Part shown: piece by piece, positions 7,465 to 17,320 of the stretch
How the letters are laid out: each line of letters opens with the position of its first letter
Position numbering within the stretch: position 1 is the stretch's first letter
Notes under the pieces: generated by a model
Told to the model about the DNA's origin: nothing
Database searches by the model: none
The model's input: only the letters and a program-made list of their open reading frames with translations
Assembly: GCA_947629875.1 (NCBI GenBank)
Contig: CANRFK010000001.1
Location: forward strand, 1-40,242
DNA: 40,242 nt
Direction: 5' to 3'
DNA from: an uncultured Clostridia bacterium
GTDB taxonomy: Bacteria > Bacillota > Clostridia > Christensenellales > Borkfalkiaceae
Translations under genes and position numbers: made by a program

Positions 7465-10400
7465 ATGAAATTACGCAAAATTTTCATGCTATTTGCGGTA
7501 CTCGCTCTCACGCTCGGCATCTGCGCCGCCTGCCGCGACACGCAGGATCCCGTTTATTACACGGTGGAAACGCAGTACGACGAGACGCTGGGCAGCGTTA
7601 CCGTGAGCGATCCTGCTTCGGCAAACGGCTATGAGGCCGGGGAGCGGGTCACGGTGACCGTTACCCCCAACAGCGGCGTGGAAGTGAAAAAGGTCACTTT
7701 GAACGGCGCAGAGAAGGAACTCGCCGAGAACAAACTTGTCTTTGAAGTGAGCCAAAACACGACGGTCGCGGTGACGTTTGAGGAAACCGCCGCACAGCCC
7801 CAAGTGGTGACGCTTACGCTGCCGACGGATGGGACGGTTGCCGCGGCGCCCGCGGGCCCCTACCACGCGGGGGATAAAGTCACGCTGACGATCACGGCGC
7901 CGAGCGGACAGAAGTTGAAGTCCATTAAGGTGAATGGCACGGAGAAGTTCTCGGAAGTGACGGAGAACACGTTGCAGATCGAACTCACCACGGATACCAC
8001 CGTTGCGGTGGAGTATGAAGCCGACACGCCGACGCCGCAGGTGGTGACGCTCACGCTGCCGACGGATGGGACGGTTGCCGCGGCGCCCGCGGGCCCCTAC
8101 CACGCGGGGGATACCGTCACGCTTACGATCACGGCGCCGAGCGGACAGAAGTTGAAGTCCATCAAAGTGAACAACGTGGAAAAGGTCACGGAAGTGACGG
8201 AGAACGCGTTGCAGATCGAACTCACCACGGATACCACCGTTACGGTGGAGTATGAAGCCGACACGCCTTCGCCGCAAGTGGTGACGCTCACGCTGCCGAC
8301 GGATGGGACGGTTGCCGCGGCGCCCGCGGGGCCCTACCATGCGGGGGACACCGTCACGCTTACAATCACCGCACCGAGCGGACAGAAGTTGAAGTCCATC
8401 AAAGTGAACAACGTGGAAAAGGTCACGGAAGTGTCGGAGAACACGTTGGAGATTGAGCTCACCACGGATACCACCGTGACGGTGGAGTATGAAACTGATA
8501 CGCCGGAGGTCATCGAAATCGGCGAAGAGTGGTGGGGATACTACGAGGGGTCGAGGAGCAGTGTTAAATATGCTCTGCGCATCGGCGCAACGAAGGTGGA
8601 ACTCAAGATCGGCGACGAAATATTTGCCGCGGGCACGTTGACGGAATACAAGGCGGACTATCACATCAAATTTACACTCTCGGGCGGCACGTGGACGATT
8701 GAAGCGCCGCTTTCCGGTAACCCGTATCAGTCGGTCATGCTCAGCGGCGGTCCCAATAACCTTGGAAATATCAATTGCTTGCGCGCAGAGGACCCGGGGC
8801 TTGGCGTGGACGATGAACTTGTGGGCGTATGGACTGCCACGGGTCACACGTTGACGATTACCAAACAAACCATCGATTTGGACGGCAAGCAGGCGACTAC
8901 GTATAATAAGCAAACTATGTTGATCTTTACCACCTATTCGTTTACGGTGGAAGGCGTGGCGTACTCCGGTGAGTTGGAAGGCGACACCTTTACTCTTTCG
9001 GGAGGCACGCTGGATAAAGTTGCATTCACGCGCCAAGGCGGGCAAACGGAGATCCCCGAACTCTCCATCCCCGACAACCTTGTGGGCGTGTGGACGACGG
9101 CAGCCGGCGATCACACGATGACTATCACGAAAACGGCGCTCACCCTCGACGGCGAGTCCGCAACGGAGTTTGAAACGCTACAAGAGGCAAACAAAGTGTA
9201 CTACAACTTTACGGCGGGCGGCAAGGACTACACCATGCTGTTCGGCGCTGACAATACGCTCAGCGTTTCGGAGAAGGAGAACACGGGCGCGAGCATTCAA
9301 TTTACGGTGAAGGACGGCAAGCCCATCGCGCCGCCGGAAGTGGAAATTTTAGAGGAATATAAGGGCGAATTCGAGGGCGAAAAGAGCGGCACCAAGTACC
9401 ATGTATCGGTGAAAGACGAGGGCATCTTCGTGACGATCGGCGAGACCGAGCCCGTAAAAGCGACGCTTATAGGGTACAACCTTTCGAAGCTTGGATACAC
9501 CTTTACGCTTGGAGACGACGAGACAGAATACCGTTTGGTAAATAAGGGTACCGGTTACGATCAAATGGATTTCTATTACGGTACTTGGATCACGGATTAT
9601 GTCACTTTGGATCGCGTAACGGAGACGGAGCCGAGCACGGATTTGAACGTGGACGATGAACTCATCGGCGAATGGGTCGCAGATGGGCATACGTTGACGA
9701 TCACCAAGACGTCCATTGTATTGGACGGCAAATATGCAACCGAATACAAAAAGGTTGCCTACGTTTTTGCCACCACATATACGTTTAAAATTGAAGGCGT
9801 CGAGTACACCGGTACGTTGGAAGATGACGGGTCTATTCATCTTACAGGGGGAGATATTGTCACATATATTGCGTTTACCCTTAAAAGCGAGCCCGAAATT
9901 CCCGAACTCACTGTCGATTCCGAAATCATCGGCGAATGGATCGCCGACGGGCACACCTTGACGATCACCGCAACCTCTATCGAATTGGACGGCAAATATG
10001 CGACCGAGTACAGCAAAGAGCCGGACGGGGTGTTTACCACATACTCGTTTACGGTGGAAAGTGTTTCGTACTCCGGTGTGTTGAAATCCAGCAACACGGT
10101 TTTTACGCTTACGGGGTTTGACGGTGGTCCGATCGACTTCACCCGCAAGAGCGAGTCGGGCGAACCCGATGTCGGCGGCGATGTTACTATTTCCGATAGG
10201 TATTGCGGTGTGTTTAGCGGTACAAACGGAGATGATACTTATGTGATCACGGTGGAGGCTCACAAGGTTTCCATTACGATCAATGGCGCGGAACAGACAG
10301 TCGTGCTTGAGGGCGAGGACGGTGGTGAACCTGTCACAGTTTCCATTACTATGAACGGAAAAAAGTATGTGTTGGCGTGGGCAACGACCGGAGCTAAAAA

Positions 10401-10476
10401 TGTTCGGTTGAAGGACGTTGATGAAAACGGCGATACCGGCAATGAGCTCAATGTAAAAGCCGAAAGGCAATCATAA
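7465..10476 (+). CDS. large repeat-built cell-surface lipoprotein, function unknown
   Basis: Signal peptide MKLRKIFMLFAVLALTLGICAAC with a probable lipobox. GAGG lies 8 nt upstream. One divergent unit plus three near-identical 79-aa beta-rich units follow, of the Ig-like / InlB-B-repeat type (xVTLTITAPSGQKLKSIKVNG...). After them, two further module types alternate. Confidence 0.8.
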   Translation: MKLRKIFMLFAVLALTLGICAACRDTQDPVYYTVETQYDETLGSVTVSDPASANGYEAGERVTVTVTPNSGVEVKKVTLNGAEKELAENKLVFEVSQNTTVAVTFEETAAQPQVVTLTLPTDGTVAAAPAGPYHAGDKVTLTITAPSGQKLKSIKVNGTEKFSEVTENTLQIELTTDTTVAVEYEADTPTPQVVTLTLPTDGTVAAAPAGPYHAGDTVTLTITAPSGQKLKSIKVNNVEKVTEVTENALQIELTTDTTVTVEYEADTPSPQVVTLTLPTDGTVAAAPAGPYHAGDTVTLTITAPSGQKLKSIKVNNVEKVTEVSENTLEIELTTDTTVTVEYETDTPEVIEIGEEWWGYYEGSRSSVKYALRIGATKVELKIGDEIFAAGTLTEYKADYHIKFTLSGGTWTIEAPLSGNPYQSVMLSGGPNNLGNINCLRAEDPGLGVDDELVGVWTATGHTLTITKQTIDLDGKQATTYNKQTMLIFTTYSFTVEGVAYSGELEGDTFTLSGGTLDKVAFTRQGGQTEIPELSIPDNLVGVWTTAAGDHTMTITKTALTLDGESATEFETLQEANKVYYNFTAGGKDYTMLFGADNTLSVSEKENTGASIQFTVKDGKPIAPPEVEILEEYKGEFEGEKSGTKYHVSVKDEGIFVTIGETEPVKATLIGYNLSKLGYTFTLGDDETEYRLVNKGTGYDQMDFYYGTWITDYVTLDRVTETEPSTDLNVDDELIGEWVADGHTLTITKTSIVLDGKYATEYKKVAYVFATTYTFKIEGVEYTGTLEDDGSIHLTGGDIVTYIAFTLKSEPEIPELTVDSEIIGEWIADGHTLTITATSIELDGKYATEYSKEPDGVFTTYSFTVESVSYSGVLKSSNTVFTLTGFDGGPIDFTRKSESGEPDVGGDVTISDRYCGVFSGTNGDDTYVITVEAHKVSITINGAEQTVVLEGEDGGEPVTVSITMNGKKYVLAWATTGAKNVRLKDVDENGDTGNELNVKAERQS
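7798..8508 (+). repeat. three intragenic tandem copies of a 237-bp (79-codon) unit
   Basis: gtggtgacgc recurs at 7804, 8041 and 8278, an exact 237-nt period. By eye the copies differ at only scattered positions. Confidence 0.9.
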
Positions 10477-10497
10477 GTTCAACAGTAATAACACCCG

Positions 10498-10537
10498 GCG
10501 CCCGACCGCTCACGCGGTTGGGCGCATCGGCATTTTT
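10498..10537 (+). terminator. weak or partial terminator-like hairpin between the two giant genes
   Basis: gcgcccgaccgc-tcac-gcggttgggcgc (one G-U pair). The T5 run begins only 7 nt after the stem. Confidence 0.3.
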
Positions 10538-10588
10538 GACCGCGGCGGGGCAGAGACCTTCCGAGGACGCTCCGCAGAGGAGGAAACC

Positions 10589-13500
10589 ATGAAAAGATCA
10601 TTCCCGATTTTGGCAAAGATTTTACTGCCCATATGTCTCTTGTGCGCGGGCATTGCGCTCGCGGCGTGCGGCGGTTCCAAGACGCCGGAGACGCCGCCGC
10701 CCACGCCTCCCACGACAACCACGGCGACGCTCACGCTGGACGCGGGCGAGGGCGGCACGCTCTCGCAGACGGAGTACAGCGTGGAAGTCGGGCAGAACGT
10801 TTCGCAATTCTTGCAGGACAAGACGCCGCAGACCAAGGACGGCTTCGAGTTTGCGGGGTGGTACAACGGCGGAAAGGCGCTCTCCCAAAGTTTTACCATG
10901 CCGGGCGAGGACTGTACGCTTGCGGCAAAATACCTCGTTTCCTACACGGCGCGGCTGTACTTCGAGGCATTGGACGGCAGTTACGGCGACTATGAGACGC
11001 GCACGGGCAAGGCGATGTACGGCGAGGCGTTCACCTATACCGTGCAGGAGCCGCACTTCACCGTGGACGCGGCGAAGGAGAACAAATTGTCCGTTGCCAA
11101 ACTGGGCGCGGGCGAAGTGTTCGAGGCCTACCTTGCGCGCGGGCAGATCACGGTGACGCTGTGGAATAATCTGCCCGAGAGCGATGCGGAGACGGTATCC
11201 GTGCGCTACGGCGAGGGGTTCATGCTTCCCGCCGCCCCCGAAGGCGCGGGGGAGGACTTCCGCTTTGCGGGGTGGTCTTCCTCCGCCAACGGGGAAGTTA
11301 TGTATGCTGCGGGCGAAAACGTTACCCCTGACCCGGAAGGGGAGTTTTTGGAACTCTTTGCGCGCTGGGAGGTGGCCGTCCATGACTTTTTCGACGGCGA
11401 CGACCGCATCTTTGTCTCCGCGACGCAGCAGGGCGTCGTCTATTTGCAGCGGTACGGCCTCGGGGAGAAAGAGGGCAGTTACGACCCCGATACGGGCATA
11501 TTTGTATTCTCCGAAGGGGAGGAGGAGATCCTCACCGGCAAGCTCTTCGAGCAGGGATTTTACTACTTCAAGGACACCATGGAGCGGGAATACCTGCCCT
11601 ACGGCGGCGGCGTCGATCGTCTCTCCCTTATGAGCGGCGGCGAGGCGGAGTACCGCGACGCGGCGGGGAACCGCTTCAACGGAAGCTATGACGTGGAGCC
11701 CGAGACGGGTGATTTCTTCTTTGACGGGGGCACCTTGCGGTTTGCGTTCCGCATCGTGGAGGGCGCGGGCAGCGATCTTGTGTTCCGCATCCAAGGCGAG
11801 GAGGCGGGAAGCTATCGGGCAAAGAATTCCTCCGACCGTTTGACCCTTGACGGCTTCGGCGGCTTTGAGGGCCTGATGAACGGCGACAGGTGCTCCGGCC
11901 TGTACATGTATGACAATTCCGACCAAACTTTGCTGTATCTGATGGTGCGCGACAACTATAACATCGTGACGAGCGCCTTCTACATCCGCTACGGTGGGGA
12001 CGGCTACTTTGCGATGGACGACGGCCTCGGAGGCACTTATCCCACGGCGGACGGCGGCGAACTCATGCTGGACGGCTTCGGGCAGGGCACCTTCAACGGC
12101 GCGGAGATAGAGTACGAGACCTATTTTGAGATGTGGTACGCGGTCAGCGGCTTCGATATGTCGCTGTATTCGATCACCGAAGTTTCCTTCGGCGACACGC
12201 GCGGCGTTCTCAAGTCGGTGGACGGCGTTACCACCTTTGCGGAAGTCACCGAAAAGCTGTACGGCGTGTACGATATCGACAATGCGGTGGAGATCGACGG
12301 CATTCTGTACACGCAGGCGTTTGTATACTGCTACGGCGACGGCACTTGCGACGTGTGGGTGCCCTACGGCGCCACAACCGAGGGTTACGGGGTGTTCATC
12401 CTTCTGATCCCCAACGCAAACGTTGCCCTTGACGCGGCAGGGGAGAAGGTTTCCGTTACCGATGAGGACTACGACCTCACCTTCGACCTTTTGGGCAGAA
12501 GGCTGTACGCGCCCCAATCCGTTACGGTGGTGGATGAATTTTTGCACCTTACCATCGACTCCAACGGCGACGCGTACATAAACGGAACGACGCCCGTGGA
12601 CTACTATTCCGAACCCGGTTATTACTACGTCTATCACTTCCTCGTGAACGGCGCGTGGTGCCACTATATCTATGCCGGCGAGACGTTCGTTGCGGCAACG
12701 CTCTATACGGAGAGCCTCGCGCACCCCAACCGTCAGGGCGACTGGCTGTTGAGCGTGCTTCAATTCGATGACCGCTACGCCGTGGGCGTTTACACCAACT
12801 CGGAAGTGTTCGCATACGTGCTCGTGGGCGACTGCACCCCGTTGGGCGGCGGCGAATATCAATTTGAAATGACGCAGAACAACGCGACGCAGTCTGTTCT
12901 CGATCTGTTCGGGCGTCTGCGCTTCCGCATTACGGGAGATATGTTTGAACGCTACGACGGTGCCGTGCAGGCGGCGGGGCTCACGCTGGACGGCTACGGC
13001 CACGGCGAATATAACGGCGAGCGGGGCGTTTACTACCCGGAGCGGGATATCATTGTATTTTGCGGCGAGGACGCGGAGTATCGCCTGCGCGTGACGGAGG
13101 ACGGCGTTACACAGCTCGGCGGTGAGGCGGGCGTTTACAGCCTGTTTTTGGACGGTGAACTGTACCCCGACGAGGTGCTGTATCTCGACGGCGAGGGCAA
13201 CGCGACGCTCACGATGCTCGAATACTACGCGGCGGCGGGCGTCTACACCGACCAATATGTCACGGCGCAGGGAAGTTACACCGCGGTGACGGAGTATCCC
13301 ATCGAAAACTTTACAGAGTACTGTCTGGAATTCCCCGCCGATACCGCCTTCTACGGCATCGTGGGAGGGAAACTCTATGTCGCCGCCGAGCGCGTGGAAT
13401 TCACAGATGGTTACAGTTACGGCGGGTTTATCCTGCGAGAGCCGAGCGCGGCCTTCCACCATGCCGTTCAGGGCGGCGGAGAGCTGTACTCCGACGGTTG

Positions 13501-15733
13501 GGAGGAGCCCTACGGCACCGCCTACTACACCGATGCGGACGGCACACGGCACGACGGTGCGCTGGCGCTGTGCGACCTCAACGATAGGGTGTACGAGGAT
13601 CGGGGCTATACCCTCGACCCGCTCGGAAAGACGATCATCTTTACCGAGTACAGAGACGGAGAGGCGGTCAACGAATTTATCTTCGACATCAAGGATGACG
13701 GCTCGGTGACGCTCCGCAAAGAGTTGAGCGGCGCGTATGTGCGCGTTTCGGAAACCGAGCGCACGGGCGAAGTGATGTATTTGGACGGCTACGGCAACGC
13801 GACGCTGTACGACGCGCAGGGCGCTGAAACGGCGCGCGGCAGTGTGCAGAGCATCGACGGCGATACGTACGCCTTCTGGGGCGAACACACCGAGGACAAC
13901 TTTGTGTTCCGCCTCTACGCCGTTTTGCAGGTGGGCGGGCGGTATCTCTATGAATACCGCGAGCAACTTGCGGACGAGACGGTGTTTATCTCCCACAGCG
14001 ATTGGCGGGTGCTCGTGCTGGACGGCTACGGGCTGGCGCGCTACATCGATCGGTACGGCGTCAGTCTCGAAGGCGAGTACACGGTCGCGGACGATGTGCT
14101 TGCCGTGTTCTACCCCAATGAGATCGACGCGCAGCCCATTTACTTCAATCTGGAAGAGGACAGCTTCTCTGTAAACACCGATGAATTTGTGCGGGTGGAG
14201 GATGCCCTGTACGGTTATCAGGGCACGCGCACATCCGTGACCGTGCCGGGGGATATCTCCATTATCAAGAAGAGAGCCTTCTTCAAGAGCGACGTCACGG
14301 AGATAAACCTCGGCAGTGTTACCGCCGTGGAGGCGGAGGCCTTCTACCGCAGCGACTTGCAGAGCGTAACGGGGAACTTGCTGCAAACCGTCGGCGCGCG
14401 CGCATTTTACGATTGCGAATATCTCGTGCGGGCGGATATCCCCGTTGCGACTACGCTCGGCGACAGCGCCTTTTACGGCTGCCAACGCCTGCGCAGCATC
14501 ACGCTACGCGAGGTGGAGAGCATCGGCGCCTATTGCTTCACCCATGAGGAAATGACGAACGACACGTTGAGCATCGACCTTACGGCCTGCCCCGACCCCA
14601 ATGCGGTGCGGGTGGACGCCGATGCGTTCGTAGGCATGGCGGATGGCGTGCTCGGCGGCAGCATCCACGTGCGCCTGCTCCTCAAAGATATCGCAACGGT
14701 GAACGCCGTCTATAACGGCGAAGCGTGGGGCGCGGCAAGCAAGTACGCGCAGCTTTCCATCGCCGATCGGGCGTTCGTGCGCTATGTCGACCTCGCGGGC
14801 GGAAAAGTTTACGCCACGTTGGAGGGCAGGCTTGCCGTATCCGTGGCGACCAAGGCGGATTACGACGAGGTGTGGGGCGACGGCATTGCCATTTACGACG
14901 GCGAAAAACTGTACTTCTTGCAGGCAAGCGGTGGCTATAACGAGGCGGGCGTCGAATTTGCAGACGCATTGAGCGCGAACGGCTATCTGCTCTTTGCGGA
15001 GAACGTCTCCCACGCGCTGACGACAGAGGACGGCAAACAGTTTGTGTTTACGTTGCAACTTCAATACGGCATGAGCACGGGCAATCACCATTACGAATAC
15101 ACCGTTACCGATTGCTCGTTCGACGGCGCGGCGGCGCAATTCGTGTACATCGAGGCGGATACGCTCTTCTTCGGACAGGCGGGCGAGGACTATGTCTCTG
15201 TTTCCGCAACGTCGCTTACGGCGTGCACCGTGCGCAACGACGGCTGTGTGGTGCGCACCGCCGACGGGCTGACGGAACTCGCGGTGCGCTTTGACGAAGA
15301 GGGCAAATTATCCGCGGTGATCTCGTTCCGCTACAAGAAGAGCGCGACGGGCAACTGGCTTTCGCGCTTGTTGGTCGATTGGTACGAAGAGGACGGGCAG
15401 ACCTTTGTGCGCACGGGCAGCGCGGAAAGGCCGGAGTACTGGAAGGTCTCCTTCGACGAACAGCACACATCGGTGCAGGTGGAGCACTACGGCAAACAGG
15501 AGAAGTACAACCCGCGCGACGGCATGCAGACCGTGTACGAGACGGAAGCGGTCATCGTGGTGGAGGGCGGCAAGATTGTGAAACTTGTCAGCTTTGTGTA
15601 CAACGAGCAGGAAGTGGCGTTCACCCGCGTGAAATACGACGGCGCCACCGCGATGGTGTACGCGGAGGGCGCAACGTACCGCATTACGTACGTCGACGCG
15701 ATCAGCGATTACATCACGGTGGAGATCGTCTGA
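10589..15733 (+). CDS. giant (1714 aa) surface lipoprotein with Listeria-Bacteroides (InlB B-type) repeats and BspA-type leucine-rich repeats
   Basis: GGAGG SD. Signal peptide with lipobox IALAAC followed by a PT-rich linker. B-repeat hallmarks are present (TLTLDAGEGG...GFEFAGWY..., FRFAGW...). BspA-like LRRs lie around 14236-14560 (IKKRAFFKSDVTEINL, AEAFYRSDLQSV, GARAFYDCEYLVRADI, GDSAFYGCQRLRSITL). The remainder is an uncharacterised repeat region. Confidence 0.8.
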   Translation: MKRSFPILAKILLPICLLCAGIALAACGGSKTPETPPPTPPTTTTATLTLDAGEGGTLSQTEYSVEVGQNVSQFLQDKTPQTKDGFEFAGWYNGGKALSQSFTMPGEDCTLAAKYLVSYTARLYFEALDGSYGDYETRTGKAMYGEAFTYTVQEPHFTVDAAKENKLSVAKLGAGEVFEAYLARGQITVTLWNNLPESDAETVSVRYGEGFMLPAAPEGAGEDFRFAGWSSSANGEVMYAAGENVTPDPEGEFLELFARWEVAVHDFFDGDDRIFVSATQQGVVYLQRYGLGEKEGSYDPDTGIFVFSEGEEEILTGKLFEQGFYYFKDTMEREYLPYGGGVDRLSLMSGGEAEYRDAAGNRFNGSYDVEPETGDFFFDGGTLRFAFRIVEGAGSDLVFRIQGEEAGSYRAKNSSDRLTLDGFGGFEGLMNGDRCSGLYMYDNSDQTLLYLMVRDNYNIVTSAFYIRYGGDGYFAMDDGLGGTYPTADGGELMLDGFGQGTFNGAEIEYETYFEMWYAVSGFDMSLYSITEVSFGDTRGVLKSVDGVTTFAEVTEKLYGVYDIDNAVEIDGILYTQAFVYCYGDGTCDVWVPYGATTEGYGVFILLIPNANVALDAAGEKVSVTDEDYDLTFDLLGRRLYAPQSVTVVDEFLHLTIDSNGDAYINGTTPVDYYSEPGYYYVYHFLVNGAWCHYIYAGETFVAATLYTESLAHPNRQGDWLLSVLQFDDRYAVGVYTNSEVFAYVLVGDCTPLGGGEYQFEMTQNNATQSVLDLFGRLRFRITGDMFERYDGAVQAAGLTLDGYGHGEYNGERGVYYPERDIIVFCGEDAEYRLRVTEDGVTQLGGEAGVYSLFLDGELYPDEVLYLDGEGNATLTMLEYYAAAGVYTDQYVTAQGSYTAVTEYPIENFTEYCLEFPADTAFYGIVGGKLYVAAERVEFTDGYSYGGFILREPSAAFHHAVQGGGELYSDGWEEPYGTAYYTDADGTRHDGALALCDLNDRVYEDRGYTLDPLGKTIIFTEYRDGEAVNEFIFDIKDDGSVTLRKELSGAYVRVSETERTGEVMYLDGYGNATLYDAQGAETARGSVQSIDGDTYAFWGEHTEDNFVFRLYAVLQVGGRYLYEYREQLADETVFISHSDWRVLVLDGYGLARYIDRYGVSLEGEYTVADDVLAVFYPNEIDAQPIYFNLEEDSFSVNTDEFVRVEDALYGYQGTRTSVTVPGDISIIKKRAFFKSDVTEINLGSVTAVEAEAFYRSDLQSVTGNLLQTVGARAFYDCEYLVRADIPVATTLGDSAFYGCQRLRSITLREVESIGAYCFTHEEMTNDTLSIDLTACPDPNAVRVDADAFVGMADGVLGGSIHVRLLLKDIATVNAVYNGEAWGAASKYAQLSIADRAFVRYVDLAGGKVYATLEGRLAVSVATKADYDEVWGDGIAIYDGEKLYFLQASGGYNEAGVEFADALSANGYLLFAENVSHALTTEDGKQFVFTLQLQYGMSTGNHHYEYTVTDCSFDGAAAQFVYIEADTLFFGQAGEDYVSVSATSLTACTVRNDGCVVRTADGLTELAVRFDEEGKLSAVISFRYKKSATGNWLSRLLVDWYEEDGQTFVRTGSAERPEYWKVSFDEQHTSVQVEHYGKQEKYNPRDGMQTVYETEAVIVVEGGKIVKLVSFVYNEQEVAFTRVKYDGATAMVYAEGATYRITYVDAISDYITVEIV

Positions 15734-15770
15734 AAAAGTCATGTAACAACCGTGATCCCTGCGTAAACGA

Positions 15771-15813
15771 TATGCACCTCAAAAGTCGGACACTTTTGGA
15801 GGTGCATATTTTT
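15771..15813 (+). terminator. rho-independent terminator after the 1714-aa gene
   Basis: tatgcacctcaaaagt...acttttggaggtgcata stem (one bulge) followed by TTTTTAT. Confidence 0.6.
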
Positions 15814-16096
15814 ATGGAAAAGAGGGGAGCGGGCCGAGGGGGGAGCCACCCGAGAAAGAGGCGGAAGATGATCTATCGGCAAAAACCAAGGAATGAGCCC
15901 GACGAAATCCCGAGCTCATTCGCAATTCGGCCGACGGGATCTTTGTCCGATTTTGGGAGATCTGTTTCGTCTGTGCGAGGGGATGGGTATTTACAAAAAT
16001 TCGTGTTCGAGTTGTTAAAATATTGACAAAATTTACACATAAACTTCAAAAAATGAACCAATTAAAAAATTTTTTGAAAAAATTTATCAAAACCTA

Positions 16097-16124
16097 TTGA
16101 CACGGCAATTTTTTATGATATAAT
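16097..16124 (+). promoter_or_regulatory. sigma70 promoter of the GH27 gene
   Basis: TTGACA 16097-16102, 16-nt spacer, TATAAT 16119-16124, with TG at 16116-16117 (extended -10). Confidence 0.6.
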
Positions 16125-16128
16125 GAAG

Positions 16129-16158
16129 GCAGAATATATTAACGTTAACCTATTCTGC
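16129..16158. promoter_or_regulatory. LacI-family operator-like palindrome overlapping the transcription start region of the GH27 gene
   Basis: gcagaatatattaacgttaacctattctgc is a near-perfect 30-bp palindrome centred on CG at 16143-16144. The core atattaacgttaa matches the perfect palindrome at 17544-17563. Confidence 0.55.
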
Positions 16159-16189
16159 GGAAATTTCGCGGCGGGTCGGGAGAACAGAC

Positions 16190-17320
16190 ATGGTCAAAAA
16201 TACGCCTCCGATGGGGTGGAATACCTGGAATACTTTTGCGAAAGATATCAATGAAGAATTGATTCTGCAATCTGCGGACGCGTTGATCGCCACCGGGTTG
16301 AAGGACGCGGGCTATCAATACGTCGTGATAGACGATTGCTGGGCGCTCCGTGAGCGCGGTAAGGACGGAAAGCTCGTTCCCGATCCCGAAAAGTTCCCGC
16401 ACGGCATGAAATATGTCGCGGACGAACTGCACCGCCGCGGGTTGAAGTTCGGCATGTATTCCTGCTGCGGCGCCATGACGTGCGCGGAGTATCCCGGGAG
16501 CCTCAACCGCGAGTATCAGGACGCCAAGACGTTTGCGCGGTGGGGCGTGGACTTTTTGAAATACGATTATTGTTTCAAACCCGCGGGGTTGGAGGGCAAG
16601 ACGCTCTACCGCCGCATGGGGCTTGCGCTCGCGAACTGCGGGCGCGATATCCTGTTCAGCGGATGCAGCTGGGGCGCGGACAACACGCACGAGTGGATCG
16701 GAACGACGGGCGCCAACGCATGGCGCTCCACGCCCGATATCTTCGATACCTTCGATTCCGTGAAGGATCTCATCAAGCGGCAATACAACATCCTGCCTTA
16801 CGGCGGCGTGGGCTGTTTCAACGATATGGATATGCTCATCGTCGGCATGCACGGCAGGGGGAATGTCGGGCTCAAAGGGTGTACGGACGATGAATACCGC
16901 CTGCATTTCGCCGCGTGGTGCCTGCTCGCTTCGCCGCTCATGATCGGCTGCGACATCCGCGATATGGACGAGACGACGAGATCTGTCCTCATGAACAGGG
17001 ATCTCATCGCCATTTCGCAGGACGCCCGCGGGAACAGGCCGTACATCACCCGCTTCTTCGACTGCGACGACCTGCCCATCGTGGTGCGCGCGCTCGGGAA
17101 CGGCGATATCGCGCTCGGGCTCTTCAACATGACGGACGGCGACGCCAATTTCTGGGTGCCCGTGGACGACCTTGGCGTGCCGGAATTCAGCGGAAAGCGA
17201 CTGCGGGGCAAGGAGCTGTACACGGGGCGGGAGATCGCCTCGCAGAACGCGCTCCTGCGCGATAAAGTACCGCCGCACGCCTGCGCCGTATACCGCCTGC
17301 ACCTCGTGGACGCAAAATGA
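16190..17320 (+). CDS. GH27 alpha-galactosidase (melibiase family), cytoplasmic
   Basis: PPMGWNTWNTF, YVVIDDCW, GLKFGMYSCCG..TC and WGVDFLKYDYC (nucleophile Asp) are canonical GH27 blocks. There is no signal peptide. Confidence 0.9.
   Translation: MVKNTPPMGWNTWNTFAKDINEELILQSADALIATGLKDAGYQYVVIDDCWALRERGKDGKLVPDPEKFPHGMKYVADELHRRGLKFGMYSCCGAMTCAEYPGSLNREYQDAKTFARWGVDFLKYDYCFKPAGLEGKTLYRRMGLALANCGRDILFSGCSWGADNTHEWIGTTGANAWRSTPDIFDTFDSVKDLIKRQYNILPYGGVGCFNDMDMLIVGMHGRGNVGLKGCTDDEYRLHFAAWCLLASPLMIGCDIRDMDETTRSVLMNRDLIAISQDARGNRPYITRFFDCDDLPIVVRALGNGDIALGLFNMTDGDANFWVPVDDLGVPEFSGKRLRGKELYTGREIASQNALLRDKVPPHACAVYRLHLVDAK

Noticed and set aside
15816-16096. Possible small ORF (MEKRGAGRGG...) or sRNA in the AT-rich gap before the GH27 promoter.
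   Set aside because: The ORF is Arg/Gly-rich, lacks an SD and starts inside the upstream terminator's T-tract. Only weak hairpins are present. The A6T6-type tracts look like promoter-upstream curved DNA rather than a gene.
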